Shown here: positions 37,611 to 50,675 of the stretch, in pieces | How positions within the stretch are numbered: the stretch's first letter is position 1 | How the letters are laid out: every line of letters begins with the position of its first letter | Origin: Okamejei kenojei | Lineage: Eukaryota | Assembly (NCBI GenBank): GCA_035221665.1 | Contig: CM069148.1 | Location: forward strand, 50,220,001-50,284,000 | Length of the DNA: 64,000 bases | Direction of reading: 5' to 3' | Program-made: the position numbers and the translations under genes | Notes under the pieces: model-generated | Databases searched by the model: none | What the model was told of the DNA's origin: nothing | The model's input: the letters and a program-made list of their open reading frames with translations, nothing else

Positions 37611-40600
37611 CATAGCTATTAATAATTATGATATTGTTGGGATCATGGAGACATGGCTCCAGGGTGATCAAGGCTGGGAGCTGAACATCCAGGGATATTC
37701 AATATTCAGGAAGGATAGACAGAGAGGTGGTAGCGTTGCTGGTTAGAGCGGAGATTAACGCAATAGAAAGGAATGACATTAGCTTGGAGGATGTGGAATC
37801 GATATGGATGGAGCTGCAAAACTCTAAGCGGCAGAAAACACTAGTGGGTGTTGTGTACAGGCCACCCAACAGTAGTAGTGGAGTTGGGGATGGCATCAAA
37901 CAGCAAATTAGAAATGCGTGCAACGAAGGTAAAACCGTTATAATGGGTGACTTCAATCTATATATAGATTGGGTGAATCAAATTGGCAGGGGTGCTGAGG
38001 AAGAGGATTTCTTGGAATGTATGCGGGATGTCTGATGAAGTGCTACATCTTGGCAGGACAAATAAAAATAGGAAAATGGTAGGGAATTGAGGAATTGCTG
38101 TGGAACAGAGGGATCTAGGAATAACTGTGCATAGTTCCCTGAAGGTGGAATCGCATGTAGATAGGGTGGTAAAGAAAGCCTTTGGTGTGCTGGCCTTTAT
38201 AAATTAGATTATAAATCAAATTGAATATAGGAGTAGGGAAGTAATGTTAAAATTGTACAAGGCATTGGTAAGACCAATTCTGGAGTATGGTGTACAATTT
38301 TGGTCACCTAGTTATAGGAAGGATGTCAACAAAATAGAGAGAGTACAGAGGAGATTTACTAGAATGTTGCCAGGGTTCCAGCAACTATGTTACAGAGAAA
38401 GGTTGAACAAGTTAGGTCTTTATTCTTTGGAGCGCAGAAGGTTAAGGGGGGACTTGATTGAGGTCTTTAAAATGATGAAAGGGATAGACAGAGTTAACGT
38501 GGATATACGTTTTTCCCATTGAGGGTAGGGAAGATTCAAACAAGAGGGCATGCCATGAGAATTAAGGGACAGAAGTTTCGGGGTAATGTGAGGGGGAACT
38601 TCTATACTCAAAGGGTGGTGGCTGTGTGGAATGAGCTTCCAGCAGAAGTGGTGGAGGCAGGATCGATTTTAACATTTAAGAGTAAAGTGGATAGGTATAT
38701 GGACGTGAAGGGAATGGAATGGTCGGCACGGACTGGAAGGGCCGAGAGGGCCTGTTTCCGTGCTGTAATTGTTATATGGTTATATGGTTATATAGTTTTC
38801 TAAACACAATGTGGAGGAACCAATGAGAGAGCAGGCTATTCTAGACTGGATATTGATAATGAGGAAGGGTTAGTTAGCAGCCTTGTTGTACGTGGCCCCT
38901 TGGGCAAGAGTGACCATAATATGGTTGAGTTCTTCATTAGGATGGAGAGTGACATTGTTAATTCAGAAACACGGGACCTGAACTTAAAGAAAGGTAACTT
39001 TGAGGGTATGAGACGTGAATTGGCCAAGATGGACTGGCAATTGATTCTTGAAGGGTTGACGGTGGATATGCAATGGAAGGCATTTAAAGACTGCATGGAT
39101 GAACCACAACAATTGTTCATCCCAGTATGGCAAAAGAATAAATCGGGGAAGGTGGCGCATCCGTGGATAACGAGGGATATCAGGGATAGTATCAAAGAAA
39201 AAGATGAAGCGTACAAATTAGCCAGAAAAAGCAGCCTACCAGGGGACTGGGAAAATTCAGAGACCAACAGAGGAGGACAAAGGACTTAATTAGGAAAGGG
39301 AAAATGGAGTATGAAAGAAAACTGGCAGGAAACATAAAAACTGACTGCAAAAGCTTTTATCGATATGTGAAGCGTAAAAGATTATTTAAAACAAATTTAG
39401 GTCTCTTGCAGTCAGAAACGGGTGAATTGATCATGGGGAACAAGGACATGGCAGACCAATTGAATAACTACTTTGGTTCTGTCTTCACTAAGGAAGACAT
39501 AAATAATTTGCCGGAAATAGCAGGGGATCGTGGGTCAAATGAGATGGAGGAAATGAGTGAAATCCGGGTGTGGTGTTGGGTAAATTGAATGGATTAAAGG
39601 CCGATAAATCCCCTGGGCCAGATAGGCTGCATCCCAGGGTACTTAAGGAAGTAGCCCCAGAAATAGCAGATGCCTTAATGATAATTTTTCAAAACTCTTT
39701 AGATTTTGGAGTAGTTCCTGAGGATTGGAGGGTAGCTAATGTAACCCCACTTTTTAAAGAGGGAGGGAGAGAGAAAACGGGGAATTACAGACCAGTTAGT
39801 CTAACATCGGTAGTGGAGAAACTGCTAGAGTCAATTATTAAAGATGGGATAGCAGCGCATTTGGAAAGTGGTGAAATCATTGGACAAAGTCAGCATGGAT
39901 TTACGAAGGGTAAATCATGTCTGACGAATCTTATTGAATTTTTTGAGGATGTAACGTAGAGTGGAAAAGGGTGAAGCAGTGGACGTTACATCTGGACTTT
40001 CAGAAGGCTTTCGACAAGGTCCCACACAAGAGATTGGTATACAAACTTAAAGCACACGGTATTGGTGGTTCAGTATTGATGTGGATAGAGAACTGGCTGG
40101 CAGACAGGAAGCAAAGAGTAGGAGTGAACGGGTCCTTTTCACGATGGCAGACAGTGACTAGTGGGGTGCCGCAAGGCTCAGTGCTGGGACCCCAGCTATT
40201 TTCAATATACATTAATGATTTGGACGAGGGAATTATATGCAACATCTCGAAGTTTGCGGATGACACGAAGCTGGGAGGCAGTGTTAGCTGTGAGGAGGAT
40301 GCTAGGAGGCTGCAGGATGACTTGGATAGACTGGGTGAGTGGGCAAATGCATGGCAGATGCAGTATAATGTGGATAAATGTGAGGTTATCCACTTTGGTG
40401 GCAAAAACAGGAAGGTAGACTATTATTTGAATGGTGACCGATTAGGAAAAGGGGAGATGCAGCAAGACCTGGGTGTCATGGTACACTGGTCATTGAAAGT
40501 AGGCATGCAGGTGCAGCAGGCTGTGAAGAAAGCGAATGGTATGTTGGCATTCATAGCAAAAGGATTTGAGTACAAGAGCAGGGAGGTTCTACTGCAGTTG

Positions 40601-41145
40601 TACAGGGTCTTGGTGAGGCCACACCTGGAGTATTGCGTACAGTTTTGGTCTCCTAATCTGAGGAAAGACATTCTTGCCATAGAGGGAGTACAGAGAAGGT
40701 TCACCAGACTGATTCCTGGGATGGCACGACTTCCATATGAAGAAAGACTGGATAGACTCGGCTTGTACTCGCTGGAATTTAGAAGATTGAGGGGTGATCG
40801 CATAGACACTTACAAAATTCTTAAGGGGTTGGACAGGCTAGATGCAGGAAGATTGTTCCCGATGTTGGGGAAGTCCAGGAAAAGGGGTCACAGTTTAAGG
40901 ATAAGGGGGAAGTATTTTAGGACCGAGATGAGAAAATCGTTTTTCACACAGAGTGGTGAATCTGTAGAATTCTCTGCCACTGAAGGTAGTTGAGGCCAGT
41001 TCGTTGGCCATATTTAAGAGGGAGTTGGATGTGGCCCTTGTGGCTGAAGAGATCAGGGGGTATGGAGAGAAGGCAGGTACAGGATATTGAGTTGTATGAT
41101 CAGCCATGATCATATTGTATGGCGGTGCAGGCTCGAAGGGCCGAA
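37611..41145 (+). mobile_element. CR1 ORF2 (endonuclease + RT), interrupted by a second CR1 3' fragment at about 38031-38795
   Basis: Endonuclease VGVVYRPPN, MGDFN, LGKSDHN; [20 protein letters not shown]. The nested piece ends in a (gttatatg)n tail. Confidence 0.92.
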
Positions 41146-41625
41146 TAGCTGTATAGAAGGAATGGGTGATGTTTCGGGTGAGACACAGATCAGATGTACC
41201 AGGCATAAATGTGTGGGGTTCCAATCAGTAAATTTGGCATATTTGCAAATTTTCCTGATAGAAGTATATAAAAGTAATCGTGGATAGACTAGCAGCAGCT
41301 TTTTCCCAGGATGTAAAAATCATATACTAGAGGGCACAGCTTTAAGATGAGAAGGGCAAATGTTGAAGATGTGTGGGGTGGGTTTTATAAACAGTGGATG
41401 GTGGGTGACTAGAACGCACGGCCAGGGGTGGTCGTGGAGGCTGATACGACAGTAACGTTTAAGAGGCTTTTGGATAGACACACGGATATGCTGGGAATGG
41501 AGGGATATGGGTTATGTGCAGTTAACTAATTGATGTTCTTGGCATCATGTTCAGCACAGACATTGTGGGCTGAAGGACCTATTCCTGTTCTATGATCTAT
41601 GTTTCATAGTAGGCATACCACTTGG

Positions 41626-42613
41626 TAGGTATGTTACAATACTTACCTTCAGTGGCGCTGCAGTTCTGCCACTGGCCGTGTGCGCGACTTTGGCGCCGTC
41701 TTTGAGTGGAGGGGGGGTGGGATTAAAATGCCGTTTTCTCCTGCCTGTCCGAGATATATTTTCTCGGGCTGCTACCTGATGCAGAAAACTCGTTCCGATT
41801 TCTGTTCTCGGAAGTTTTGAAAAATAATCGCGGGACAATTTAATCGCTGAAGTAAAATAAAAAAGCTACTTCTAACGCCGTGTATTTTACATATAAATTT
41901 GCTTCTTCGGATGACTTTAATCCAAATTTCATTGGCGAAAATGTGATTTTGGTCCCATACGAATCGGCAGTGTTTTTCCTGCCGATGTGGGGTTCAAATT
42001 CACTGCAACCGCAACATTCCAATCAATCGCATTCCACAAAAACCCACTTGCAAGATGATTTAAATGCCCATTAATTTACGGGAATTAAACATTAAATTCC
42101 TTCCATTTGGCCTATAAATTCATGACAATGAGATTTAAAAATCATATTATTGTGTGAATGTTATTTGGACACTTAGGCTATTTAAAAATGTTAATCTTTT
42201 CTTCAGAAATGGATAGATGTTTAGATCTAGTAATTGAATTTTGTAATTAGCTACAATTAGGTAATTAACTAATTATATGCTTTTAATTTCAGGTCATCCA
42301 AGTAAGATTGTTTCATATTTGTTTCAGAATGCTTCAATCTATAATAACTGAAAATGTATTTCAGTTCTCTTAATTTTTAAGAAAGTAATGAATGGGCTTT
42401 TGACTGTCCTCGGTCACAGCTTTTGTGTTAAGTCAATGGAAAAGCAATAGGGAAAAATATGCTAATTTCCGAGTATGAAAATGGCCATAACTTTTGTAAT
42501 ACTGAAGATATGAAAGTGAATTAGGTGTCAAATTAAACTTATTTTTATGCTTTATCTGATGGGATAAATTGCAGACTTGATTTTTTAAATCTCAAAATAT
42601 TGTAACATTGCTA
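41626..42613. mobile_element. Putative non-autonomous DNA transposon (about 990 bp)
   Basis: Imperfect terminal inverted repeats TAGGTATGTTACAATA ... TATTGTAACATTGCTA (14/16 match). AT-rich with no ORF. Confidence 0.55.
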
Positions 42614-42616
42614 CAA

Positions 42617-43912
42617 TCAAGTGATCGTCCTTCTCTGTTTTTCGTACGGATAGAACGGAAGTCCAAGGGTGGAGGGGTTCGCATCATGACCCACAACAAC
42701 TGGTGCAACCATAAGGATATTAAGACGCTTTCCCGTTCCTGCTCGTAGGATCTGGAGCATCTGACGATCTCATGCCATCCATTCTACCTTCCCCGGGAGT
42801 TCAGCTGAGTCATCGTAACAGCCGTCAACAGATTCGGACACCGACACGGCACTATCGATGTGTTATGTCAGCATCAGAACAAGCATCCTGACGCGGCTAT
42901 GGTGGTGGCTGGGGATTTTCATAGGGCGAACCTCAAAAATATTATGCCTAGCTTCTGCCAACTCATCACTTGTGTTTCCAGGGGGGAAATAACTTTGGAC
43001 CACTGTTATACACTGTTCAAGAAAGGATACAAGGCTGTTTCTCTCCCTCCTTTTGGAAAATCTGACCACAGACTTCATAGCAACACTTGCCAACAACACT
43101 AGCCCACAGTAGGGGTTAGCATCTTTCCTAACCAAAAACCCTGGGTGGACAGGTCCATTCGCATTGTTTGAATGTTTGCACCCGCTGATTGACATCCGGC
43201 AACATGGATGACTACAAGGCAGAGTCCTATAGACTGCGAAGGACGGTGAAGAACACAAAAAGGAGGTACAGGGACAGAATGGAGTCACAGATGGAGCAAC
43301 GTGACACCAGACGCCTATGACATAGACAACACACACCGTCACACTGGTGAGAAAGGCAAGGCAGCGCCTTTACCACCTTAGGCAGCTGAGGAAATTCAGA
43401 GTCTCTCTAAGGATCTTTCATTCCCTCTACTCTGGTGCTGTAGAAAGCATCCTGCCAGATACATCTCCATCTGGTTTGGCAACAGCTCTGCCCAGGACAG
43501 GAAGTCTCTGCAGAGAGTAGTGCGTTCTGCCGAACACACCACGGGAACTACATATCCCCCCCCCCCCTCCTTCAGGACCTGTACACCAGGAGGTGCAGAT
43601 CCAGAGCCAGCAGGACCATGAAGGACCCCTACTACCCCAGCAACGGACTGTTCCAGCAGCTGCGGTCGGGCAAGCGTCTCCGCTGTCACACTGCGAAAAC
43701 AGAGAGGATGAGACGGAGTTTCTTCCCACAGGCCATTAGGACTGTAAACACTGATCTCACCAGGGCGTAAATGCTGTTGCATCTTCTTTTTTTTAAATGT
43801 AAATACTGGTTATGTTCTGTTCTTTTCCGTTGTTTTGCACAATCCCGCAAGCATTGCCACTCTCATTTCATTGGACATCTTGTATGTGTATGTGACAAAT
43901 AAAGTTGACTTG
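42617..43912 (+). mobile_element. Rex1/Babar-type LINE, internally deleted
   Basis: Endonuclease KGGGV..., PFYLPREF, VAGDFHRANL, TLDHCYT, PPFGKSDH; C-terminal KARQRLYHLRQLRK; ends AATAAA-gttgacttga. Confidence 0.8.
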
Positions 43913-43933
43913 ATGTTTCAGTAAAAGCATTAA

Positions 43934-43997
43934 CTTCCCATTTTCCTGCACTTTGATTTTCCAGATTCATTGCATCCCTTTCACCCTCATTGGGACC
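43934..43997 (-). pseudogene. Decayed 30-aa repeat exon (fourth type)
   Basis: GPNEGERDAMNLENQSAGKWE, homologous to type B. The donor is mutated (GAAG|ttaatgctttt) and the 5' end is replaced by a CR1 3' tail. Confidence 0.65.
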
Positions 43998-44462
43998 AAT
44001 GTAGCTGGGACGTGTTGGCCGGTGTGGGCAAGGTGGGCCGAAGGGCCTGTTTCCAAGTTGTATCACTGTATGACTCTTTCATTATGAATGGCCAAGATCT
44101 ACAACCTATGACTTTATGAACATGGAGAAAACCCATACAGACAGCACCCGTGGGTTTGTGCTAATGTTTCTAAACTTAGTTTAAAACTTCATCTAATTGT
44201 GTATGTTGTGTGAAGAATAGGAATCTTGTATTCGATATAATGAATCACTATAATCAATTACCTCGTGCAGTTTGTGAGCCCGTCTTGGCGATAAGTGGTG
44301 TACGGTTTGGGTCTTCAATGTCCGTTGTATTTACCTGTCCTGAACAACATAAACAAGACAATTAGACAGAAAACAAGCTGACCAAGTGCCAGTTTAAAAA
44401 GTATAAAAATACACAGATCAATTCCAGCTTTCTGGATAATATATCTTTCTCTGGAACACCAG

Positions 44463-44585
44463 AGGTTGAGGGGGTGCCGTCCTGTATGGGTTTGGCTGCC
44501 CACCCTGCAGCTGTCGGTTTTTTCACCTCTTTTTATTTTTAGTGAGTTAAAGTGTTTTGTTTTTGGTGGTTCAGTCTTTTTTATG

Positions 44586-44642
<57 letters not shown>

Positions 44643-45337
44643 AGGGGGAAATTGCTTTTCAGGGTCCCTACCTGATCGGAGAGGCGGCTTCCCTCCAAGC
44701 AGCAACTTTGACCCGTCCTCACGGCCTACCAGCGGGCATGGAGCGCAATTCCTGAGGGGACTGGCCAGAACTTCAGCTTCAGCCGCGGCGCAGCCCTGGA
44801 GCATTATCGCGGAGCAGACAATACTTTGCCTGGGTCGCCGCATTGGAACTCCAGTACGCTGGGACCGCCGATTGGAACATTGCGGAGCGGCCAGCCGTGG
44901 GCGGCGGCGCTGAACTTTACACAGGGAGCCTGGGATCTCTTGCCGAGATTGCTGGTGATGGAGCTCCATCCAGCACGGCCTGTTAGCTTCGGTAGCTGCG
45001 GCCTCGGTACGGAAGCGGCCGTTGTGGCTCAGTGGCATCCCAAGATGCTGAGATGATTCTCCCGATGCCGGAGCACCATCACCCGGCAAGAACGGCCTGG
45101 AACATCGGGCCCCGTAGCGGCGACTGCGGAGGCCTCAATAGGCCTGACTATGGGTGGACATGGGGATGGGGACTGGACTTTGTGCCTTCCCCCCACAGTG
45201 GAAACCATTGTGGGGGGATGTTTTTATGTTTAATTTTCTTTATTATTGTTATGTTGTATTTTTAAAGTGCTGCAATGGCACTCTACATTTCACTACACCA
45301 ATTGGTGTATGTGACAAATAAAGAACCTTTCAACCTT
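44463..45337 (+). mobile_element. GC-rich interspersed retroposon-like repeat containing poly-G (44587-44641)
   Basis: GC-rich body and a 3' end gtgacaaataaa with a short tandem tail. Family not identified. Confidence 0.45.
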
Positions 45338-45699
45338 TGAGATCTGATGGAAGTATATAATAATGAGAGGCATAGACAGGGTAGACAGTCAGAACCTTTT
45401 ACCCCAGGATGAAAATGTCAAATTTTAGAGGGCATCGGTTTAAGGTGAGAGGTGAGAGGGGTAAAGTTTAAAGAAGATATGCATGGCAACGTTTTTTTAC
45501 ACAGAGGGTGGTGAGTGCTTGGAACGTACTGCCAGGGGTGGTGGTGAAGGCAGATACGATAGTGGCGTTTAAGAGACTTTTTGACAGGCACGTGAATATG
45601 CAGGGAATGGACGGAGATAAGAGCCGGTCTTGGCATCATGTTCAGCACAGACATTGTGGACTGTAGGGCCTGTTCTTGTACTGTACTGATCTATGTAGT

Positions 45700-46228
45700 G
45701 TCATAGAGTCGTAGAATGATACATGGTGGAAACAGGTCCTTCGGCTCAACTTGCCCACACCAGCCAACATGTCCCAGCTATACTAGTCCCACCTGCCAGC
45801 GCTTGTTCCATATCCCCCCAAACCTGTCCTATCCATGTACCTGTCTTACTGTTTCTCTACTGATGGGATAGTCAAAGCCTCAACTACCTTCACTGGTGGC
45901 TTGTTCCACACACCCACCACCCTTTGTGTGAAAATGATACCCCTCAGATTCCTCTTAAATCTATTCCCCTTCACCTTGAACCTATGTCCTCTGGTCCTCG
46001 ATTCCCCTACTCTGGAGAAGAGACTCTGTGATCTACCCAATCTATTCCTCTCATGATTGTGTACACCTCTATAAGATCTCCCCTCATCCTCCTGCACTCC
46101 AAGCCTACTCAACCTCTCCCTATAGCTCACACCCTCTAGTCCTAGCAACATCCTCATCAATCTTTTCTGAACCCTTTCAGGCTTGACAATATCTTTCCTA
46201 TAACTTGGTGCCCAGAACTGAACACAGG
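45700..46228 (-). mobile_element. CR1 3' fragment (duplicated at about 47009-47395)
   Basis: ESRTRGHRFKVKG...TQRVVGVWNK. Confidence 0.85.
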
Positions 46229-47928
46229 ATTATTATGATGATTTAATTCAATTTATAAATATTTCTATTCTTCAATTCTACATCTGAGCAAGTATTTAGA
46301 AGAAAAAATAATTTTCAAATGTTTTAAATTTTCAAGCATGTCTATACTTTGCTGTGAACATGATTTAAAATGTGTGAGCAAGCAGATGGAAACATGATTT
46401 CTTGTTAGACAGCCAAGTTCAAACATCAAGCATGCTCTTTCAATATTTGGAATGGTGTCCATCCTTGTCAAGAGAAGTAAAGAATTATTTTGGAGACACA
46501 AGAGACTGCAGATGTTGGTATGTTGAGCAATAAGTAAAGTGCTGGTGGAACTTAGCGGCTCAGGCAGCATCTGTAGTGGGAATAGACCAATGACGTTTCA
46601 GATCAGGACCCATCTTCAGACTCAAGTCTGAAACGTGGTCTGTCCCTTCCCTCCATACATGCTCCCTCTGAGCTCCTCCACCACTTTGCTTTCTGCTGAA
46701 GAATTATTTTTCATAATGGACCAACATTACCAACAAACTGTAACTTCTGTCCAGGAATTGGAACAGGAAGGACCATTGTGTTCAGCACAGACATTGTGGA
46801 CTGAAGGACCCATTTCCACCATGTATCATTCTATGACTCTGTGACTACATAGATCAGTACAGTACAAGACTCTGTGACTCTTCATAGATCAGTACAGTAC
46901 AGGCCCTTCAGTCCACAATGTCTGTGCTGAACATGATGCCAAGATCGGCTCTTATCTATAATCCATCTCCGTCCATTCCCTGCATATTCACGTGCCTGTT
47001 AAAAAGTCTCTTACTGTTTCTCAATCGATGGGATAGTCAAAGCCTCTACTACCTCCTCTGGTGGCTTGTTCCACACACCCACCACCCTTTGTGTGAAAGA
47101 GTTACCCCTCAGATTCCTCTTAAATCTTTTCCCCTTCACCTTGAACCTATGTCCTCTGGTCCTCGATTCCCCTACTCTGCGCAAGAGACTCCGTGCATTT
47201 ACCCGATCTATTCCTCTCATGATTGTGTACACCTCTATAAGATCTCCCCTCATCCTCCTGCGCTCCAAGCCTACTCAACATCTCCCTATAGCTCACACCC
47301 TCTAGTCCTAGCAACATCCTCATCAATCTTTTCTGAACCCTTTCAGGCTTGACAATATCTTTCCTATAACATGGTGCCCAGAACTGAACACAGGATTATT
47401 ATGATGATTTAATTCAATTTATAAATATTTCTATTCTTCAATTCTACAGCTGAGCAAGTATTTAGAAGAGAAAATAATTTTCAAATGTTTTAAATTTTCA
47501 AGCATGTCTATACTTTGCTGTGAACATGATTTAAAACGTGTGAGCAGGCAGATGGAAACATGATTTGTTGTTAGACAGCCAAGTTCAAATATCAAGCATG
47601 CTCTTTCAATATTTGGAATGGTGTCCATCCTTGCCAAGAGAAGTAAAGAATTATTTTGGAGACACAAGAGACTGCAGATGTTGGTATGTTGAGCAATATG
47701 CAAAGTGCTGCTGGAACTTAGCGGCTCAGGCAGCATCTGTAGTGGGAATAGACCAATGACGTTTCAGATCAGGACCCATCTTCAGACTCAAGTCTGAAAC
47801 GTGGTCTGTCCCTTCCCTCCATACATGCTCCCTCTGAGCTCCTCCACCACTTTGCTTTCTGCTGAAGAATTATTTTTCATAATGGACCAACATTACCAAC
47901 AAACTGTAACTTCTGTCCAGGAATTGGA
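45844..47928. repeat. About 0.92 kb direct duplication (45844-46762 and 47009-47928) with an inverted spacer
   Basis: The two copies align end to end. The spacer at about 46803-47012 is the reverse complement of about 45571-45745. Confidence 0.9.
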
Positions 47929-48494
47929 TTTCATCCATTTTTTTTCATGCACTAAATATGTGTTGCATTTAGCCCAGTCAGTGGAAATTATACCATCACT
48001 GAATTGGTGAAATTTATCTTTAAAACATTTTTGATTAGTTTTAGCCTCTCAAACCTTTTGTGGTAGAGAATTCAGGAGATTCACCATATTCTAGAAGGAG
48101 AAATTCCTCTGCACCTCATGTTTCAATGATTGTGTCACTGCCTTCCATCAATGTCCTCTCATCTGACATCCTCCCTCAAGTGGAAATATCAAAACATCTA
48201 TCCACTCATGGTCCCTTGGATAATTTTTGATTTGGTAAGATCAAACTTCTAAATGTTGAAGAAAACAGATCTAATTTGTTTCAGTAATTCATGATAGAAC
48301 ATTGCTGTTATTCCACGAATGACCCGAATGGATCTCATCTGAAATCCCTTGAACACCAGTTGTTATTTTCTTGGTCCTGCAGGTCTGCTTGGTCTGTATT
48401 CTGTACATTCGTAACAATAATTCACTATCTCTCCACTTCAACCACCTTGCAATAGAGCCCAATAGGAAACTTGTTTCCTCATTACATCCAGGAA

Positions 48495-48950
48495 TGAAGG
48501 TGGTTATAATAAGTAGTGGACGCTGCCCACTCCATCATGGGTACTGACCTCCCCACCACACACTGCCCGCTCCATCATGGGTACTGCCCTCCCCACACAC
48601 ACTGTCCGCATCATCGCTGGTACTGACCTCCCCACCACACACTGCCCAATCCATCACGGGTACTGACCTTCCACAACAATCAGAGGGGTCTACAGGAGGT
48701 GGTGCCTCACAAGGGCAGCCAGTATCATCAGAGACCCACACCACCCTGGCCACACACTCATTTCACCCCTGCCATTGGGAAGAAGGTACAGGAGCCTGAA
48801 AACTGTAACGTCCAGGTTCAGGAACAGCCTTTTCCCAAAATCCATTTGGCTCTTCAATCATGGACTGTCTTGTTGCATTTAGGACTTTGGGCTCTTGGGT
48901 CAGTATCAGGGTTATTAATTTATTGAATTATTTTTATTTATTATATGTTA
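48495..48950 (+). mobile_element. Rex/Babar-like LINE 3' end with a short internal tandem expansion
   Basis: Repeated ccatcatgggtactgacctccccaccacacactgccc, followed by IIRDPHHPGHTLISPLPLGRRYRSLKTVTSRFRNS. Confidence 0.65.
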
Positions 48951-49375
48951 ACTGATTACAGGCCTGTTCAAGAAAGTCAAGAGTGTTTTATTGTCATATG
49001 TCCCAGATAGAACAATTACATTCTTAATTGTTGCAGCACAGCAGAATATGTAAACATAGTACACTGTAAACAATATAATAAACGAGAGAGAAAACGTTCA
49101 GTATATGTATGTATATGTATATATATATATGTGTGTGTATATAGATGTGTGTGTGTTTGTTCCACTCTGACAGTGGCCGTTCCAGTTCCCGATTTTTCAA
49201 GGGAGTGCTGCGAACTTGACAGTCGCCGGCAGTCCACTGAAAAATCACCAAAGTGGGACAGGCCCTTAAATGGGATAATGGAACTCCACAGTCAAAAAAG
49301 CCCAACAGAGGATGTACTTCCTGCGGCACCTGAGGGAACACAACCTGCCACAGGTAATGATGGTACACAAAAGGC

Positions 49376-49765
49376 NNNNNNNNNNNNNNNNNNNNNNNNN
49401 NNNNNNNNNNNNNNNNNNNNNNNNNNNNNNNNNNNNNNNNNNNNNNNNNNNNNNNNNNNNNNNNNNNNNNNNNNNNNNNNNNNNNNNNNNNNNNNNNNNN
49501 NNNNNNNNNNNNNNNNNNNNNNNNNNNNNNNNNNNNNNNNNNNNNNNNNNNNNNNNNNNNNNNNNNNNNNNNNNNNNNNNNNNNNNNNNNNNNNNNNNNN
49601 NNNNNNNNNNNNNNNNNNNNNNNNNNNNNNNNNNNNNNNNNNNNNNNNNNNNNNNNNNNNNNNNNNNNNNNNNNNNNNNNNNNNNNNNNNNNNNNNNNNN
49701 NNNNNNNNNNNNNNNNNNNNNNNNNNNNNNNNNNNNNNNNNNNNNNNNNNNNNNNNNNNNNNNNN
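49376..49765. other. Assembly gap
   Basis: Run of N. Confidence 1.
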
Positions 49766-49817
49766 CAATACTAGTGCAATAATAACAATAACCATCTATT
49801 GTAGTTCAGAGTTTTAA

Positions 49818-49945
49818 AGAAGGAACTGCAGATGCTGGAAAATCGAGGGTACACAAAATGCTGGAGACACTCAGCGAGTGCAGCAGCATCAATGGAGCGA
49901 AGGAGATAGGCGACGTTTCGGGCCGAAACCCTTCTTCAGACTGAG
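49818..49945 (-). mobile_element. Penelope pLTR-like repeat (related pieces near 46495-46700, 47660-47865, 50850-51020, 58430-58660)
   Basis: ctgcagatgctgg...tgctggag..actcagcg...cagcagcatc...gacgtttcgggccgaaacccttcttcagac. Confidence 0.65.
49912..49939 (-). ncRNA. Minimal hammerhead ribozyme-like core in a Penelope pLTR
   Basis: CUGAAGA-AGGGUUUCGGCCC-GAAA-C-GUC: CUGANGA box, short stem II, GAAA box, GUC triplet. Confidence 0.55.
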
Positions 49946-50675
49946 TAGTTCGGATTGATTGTAGTTCAGAGTTTATTTGAGGTTCTGCTTCTACAAGGAA
50001 GAATCTAATTGTTCTATTGTCGCTAGTTATGACAATTAAACATACTTCAGTCTTGACGTTACATGTTAAGCAATCAGTTATTGAATAGAAAAGGCATCAC
50101 AGTGACACAGCTGATAGAGCTGCTGCCTCACAGCGAGGTGACCTTGGGTGCTGTCTGTGTGGAGTTTGCACATTCTCCCCGTGACCGTATGAGTTTTCTC
50201 CAGATTCTTCTCTAATTTAGTAGATTACTTTTATAATCCAGCCAGATGTTAAAAACAAAGTCTTTTTTCATTTGTCCAACTTCATGTTACAAATTTTCTG
50301 ATCATTTGATGATGCTTTAAAATGATATGAGAGAATTCACTGTGAGGGGTTGGGTAGGCTAGGGCTTTATACCTGACCTCGGGTGCTGTCTGTGTGGAGT
50401 TTGCACATTCTCCCTGTGACCACATAGGTTTCCTCCCGGTGCGGCTGTAAGTTGCCCCTCGTGTGTGGGGAATGGATGTGAAAGTGGGATAACGCAGAAC
50501 TAGTGCGAATGGTGATCGATGGTCAGCGTGGACTCAGTGAGCTGAAGGTTTCCATGCTGTATCTCTAAACTAAACTAAATTCCAAGCTAAATGAGAAACA
50601 AGTTGAAACAAATTAGCGTAAGTGTATTAATTTTCACTTTTTTTGTTGATTGCTATAAGATGGAGAAGTGTTTAC

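Noticed and set aside
44315-45089. Poly-Pro/poly-Gly ORFs
   Set aside because: They are translations of a G homopolymer inside a repeat, and the run length may be a sequencing artefact.
49131-49817. Long ORFs with X runs (also 54783-55612)
   Set aside because: They read through N gaps.
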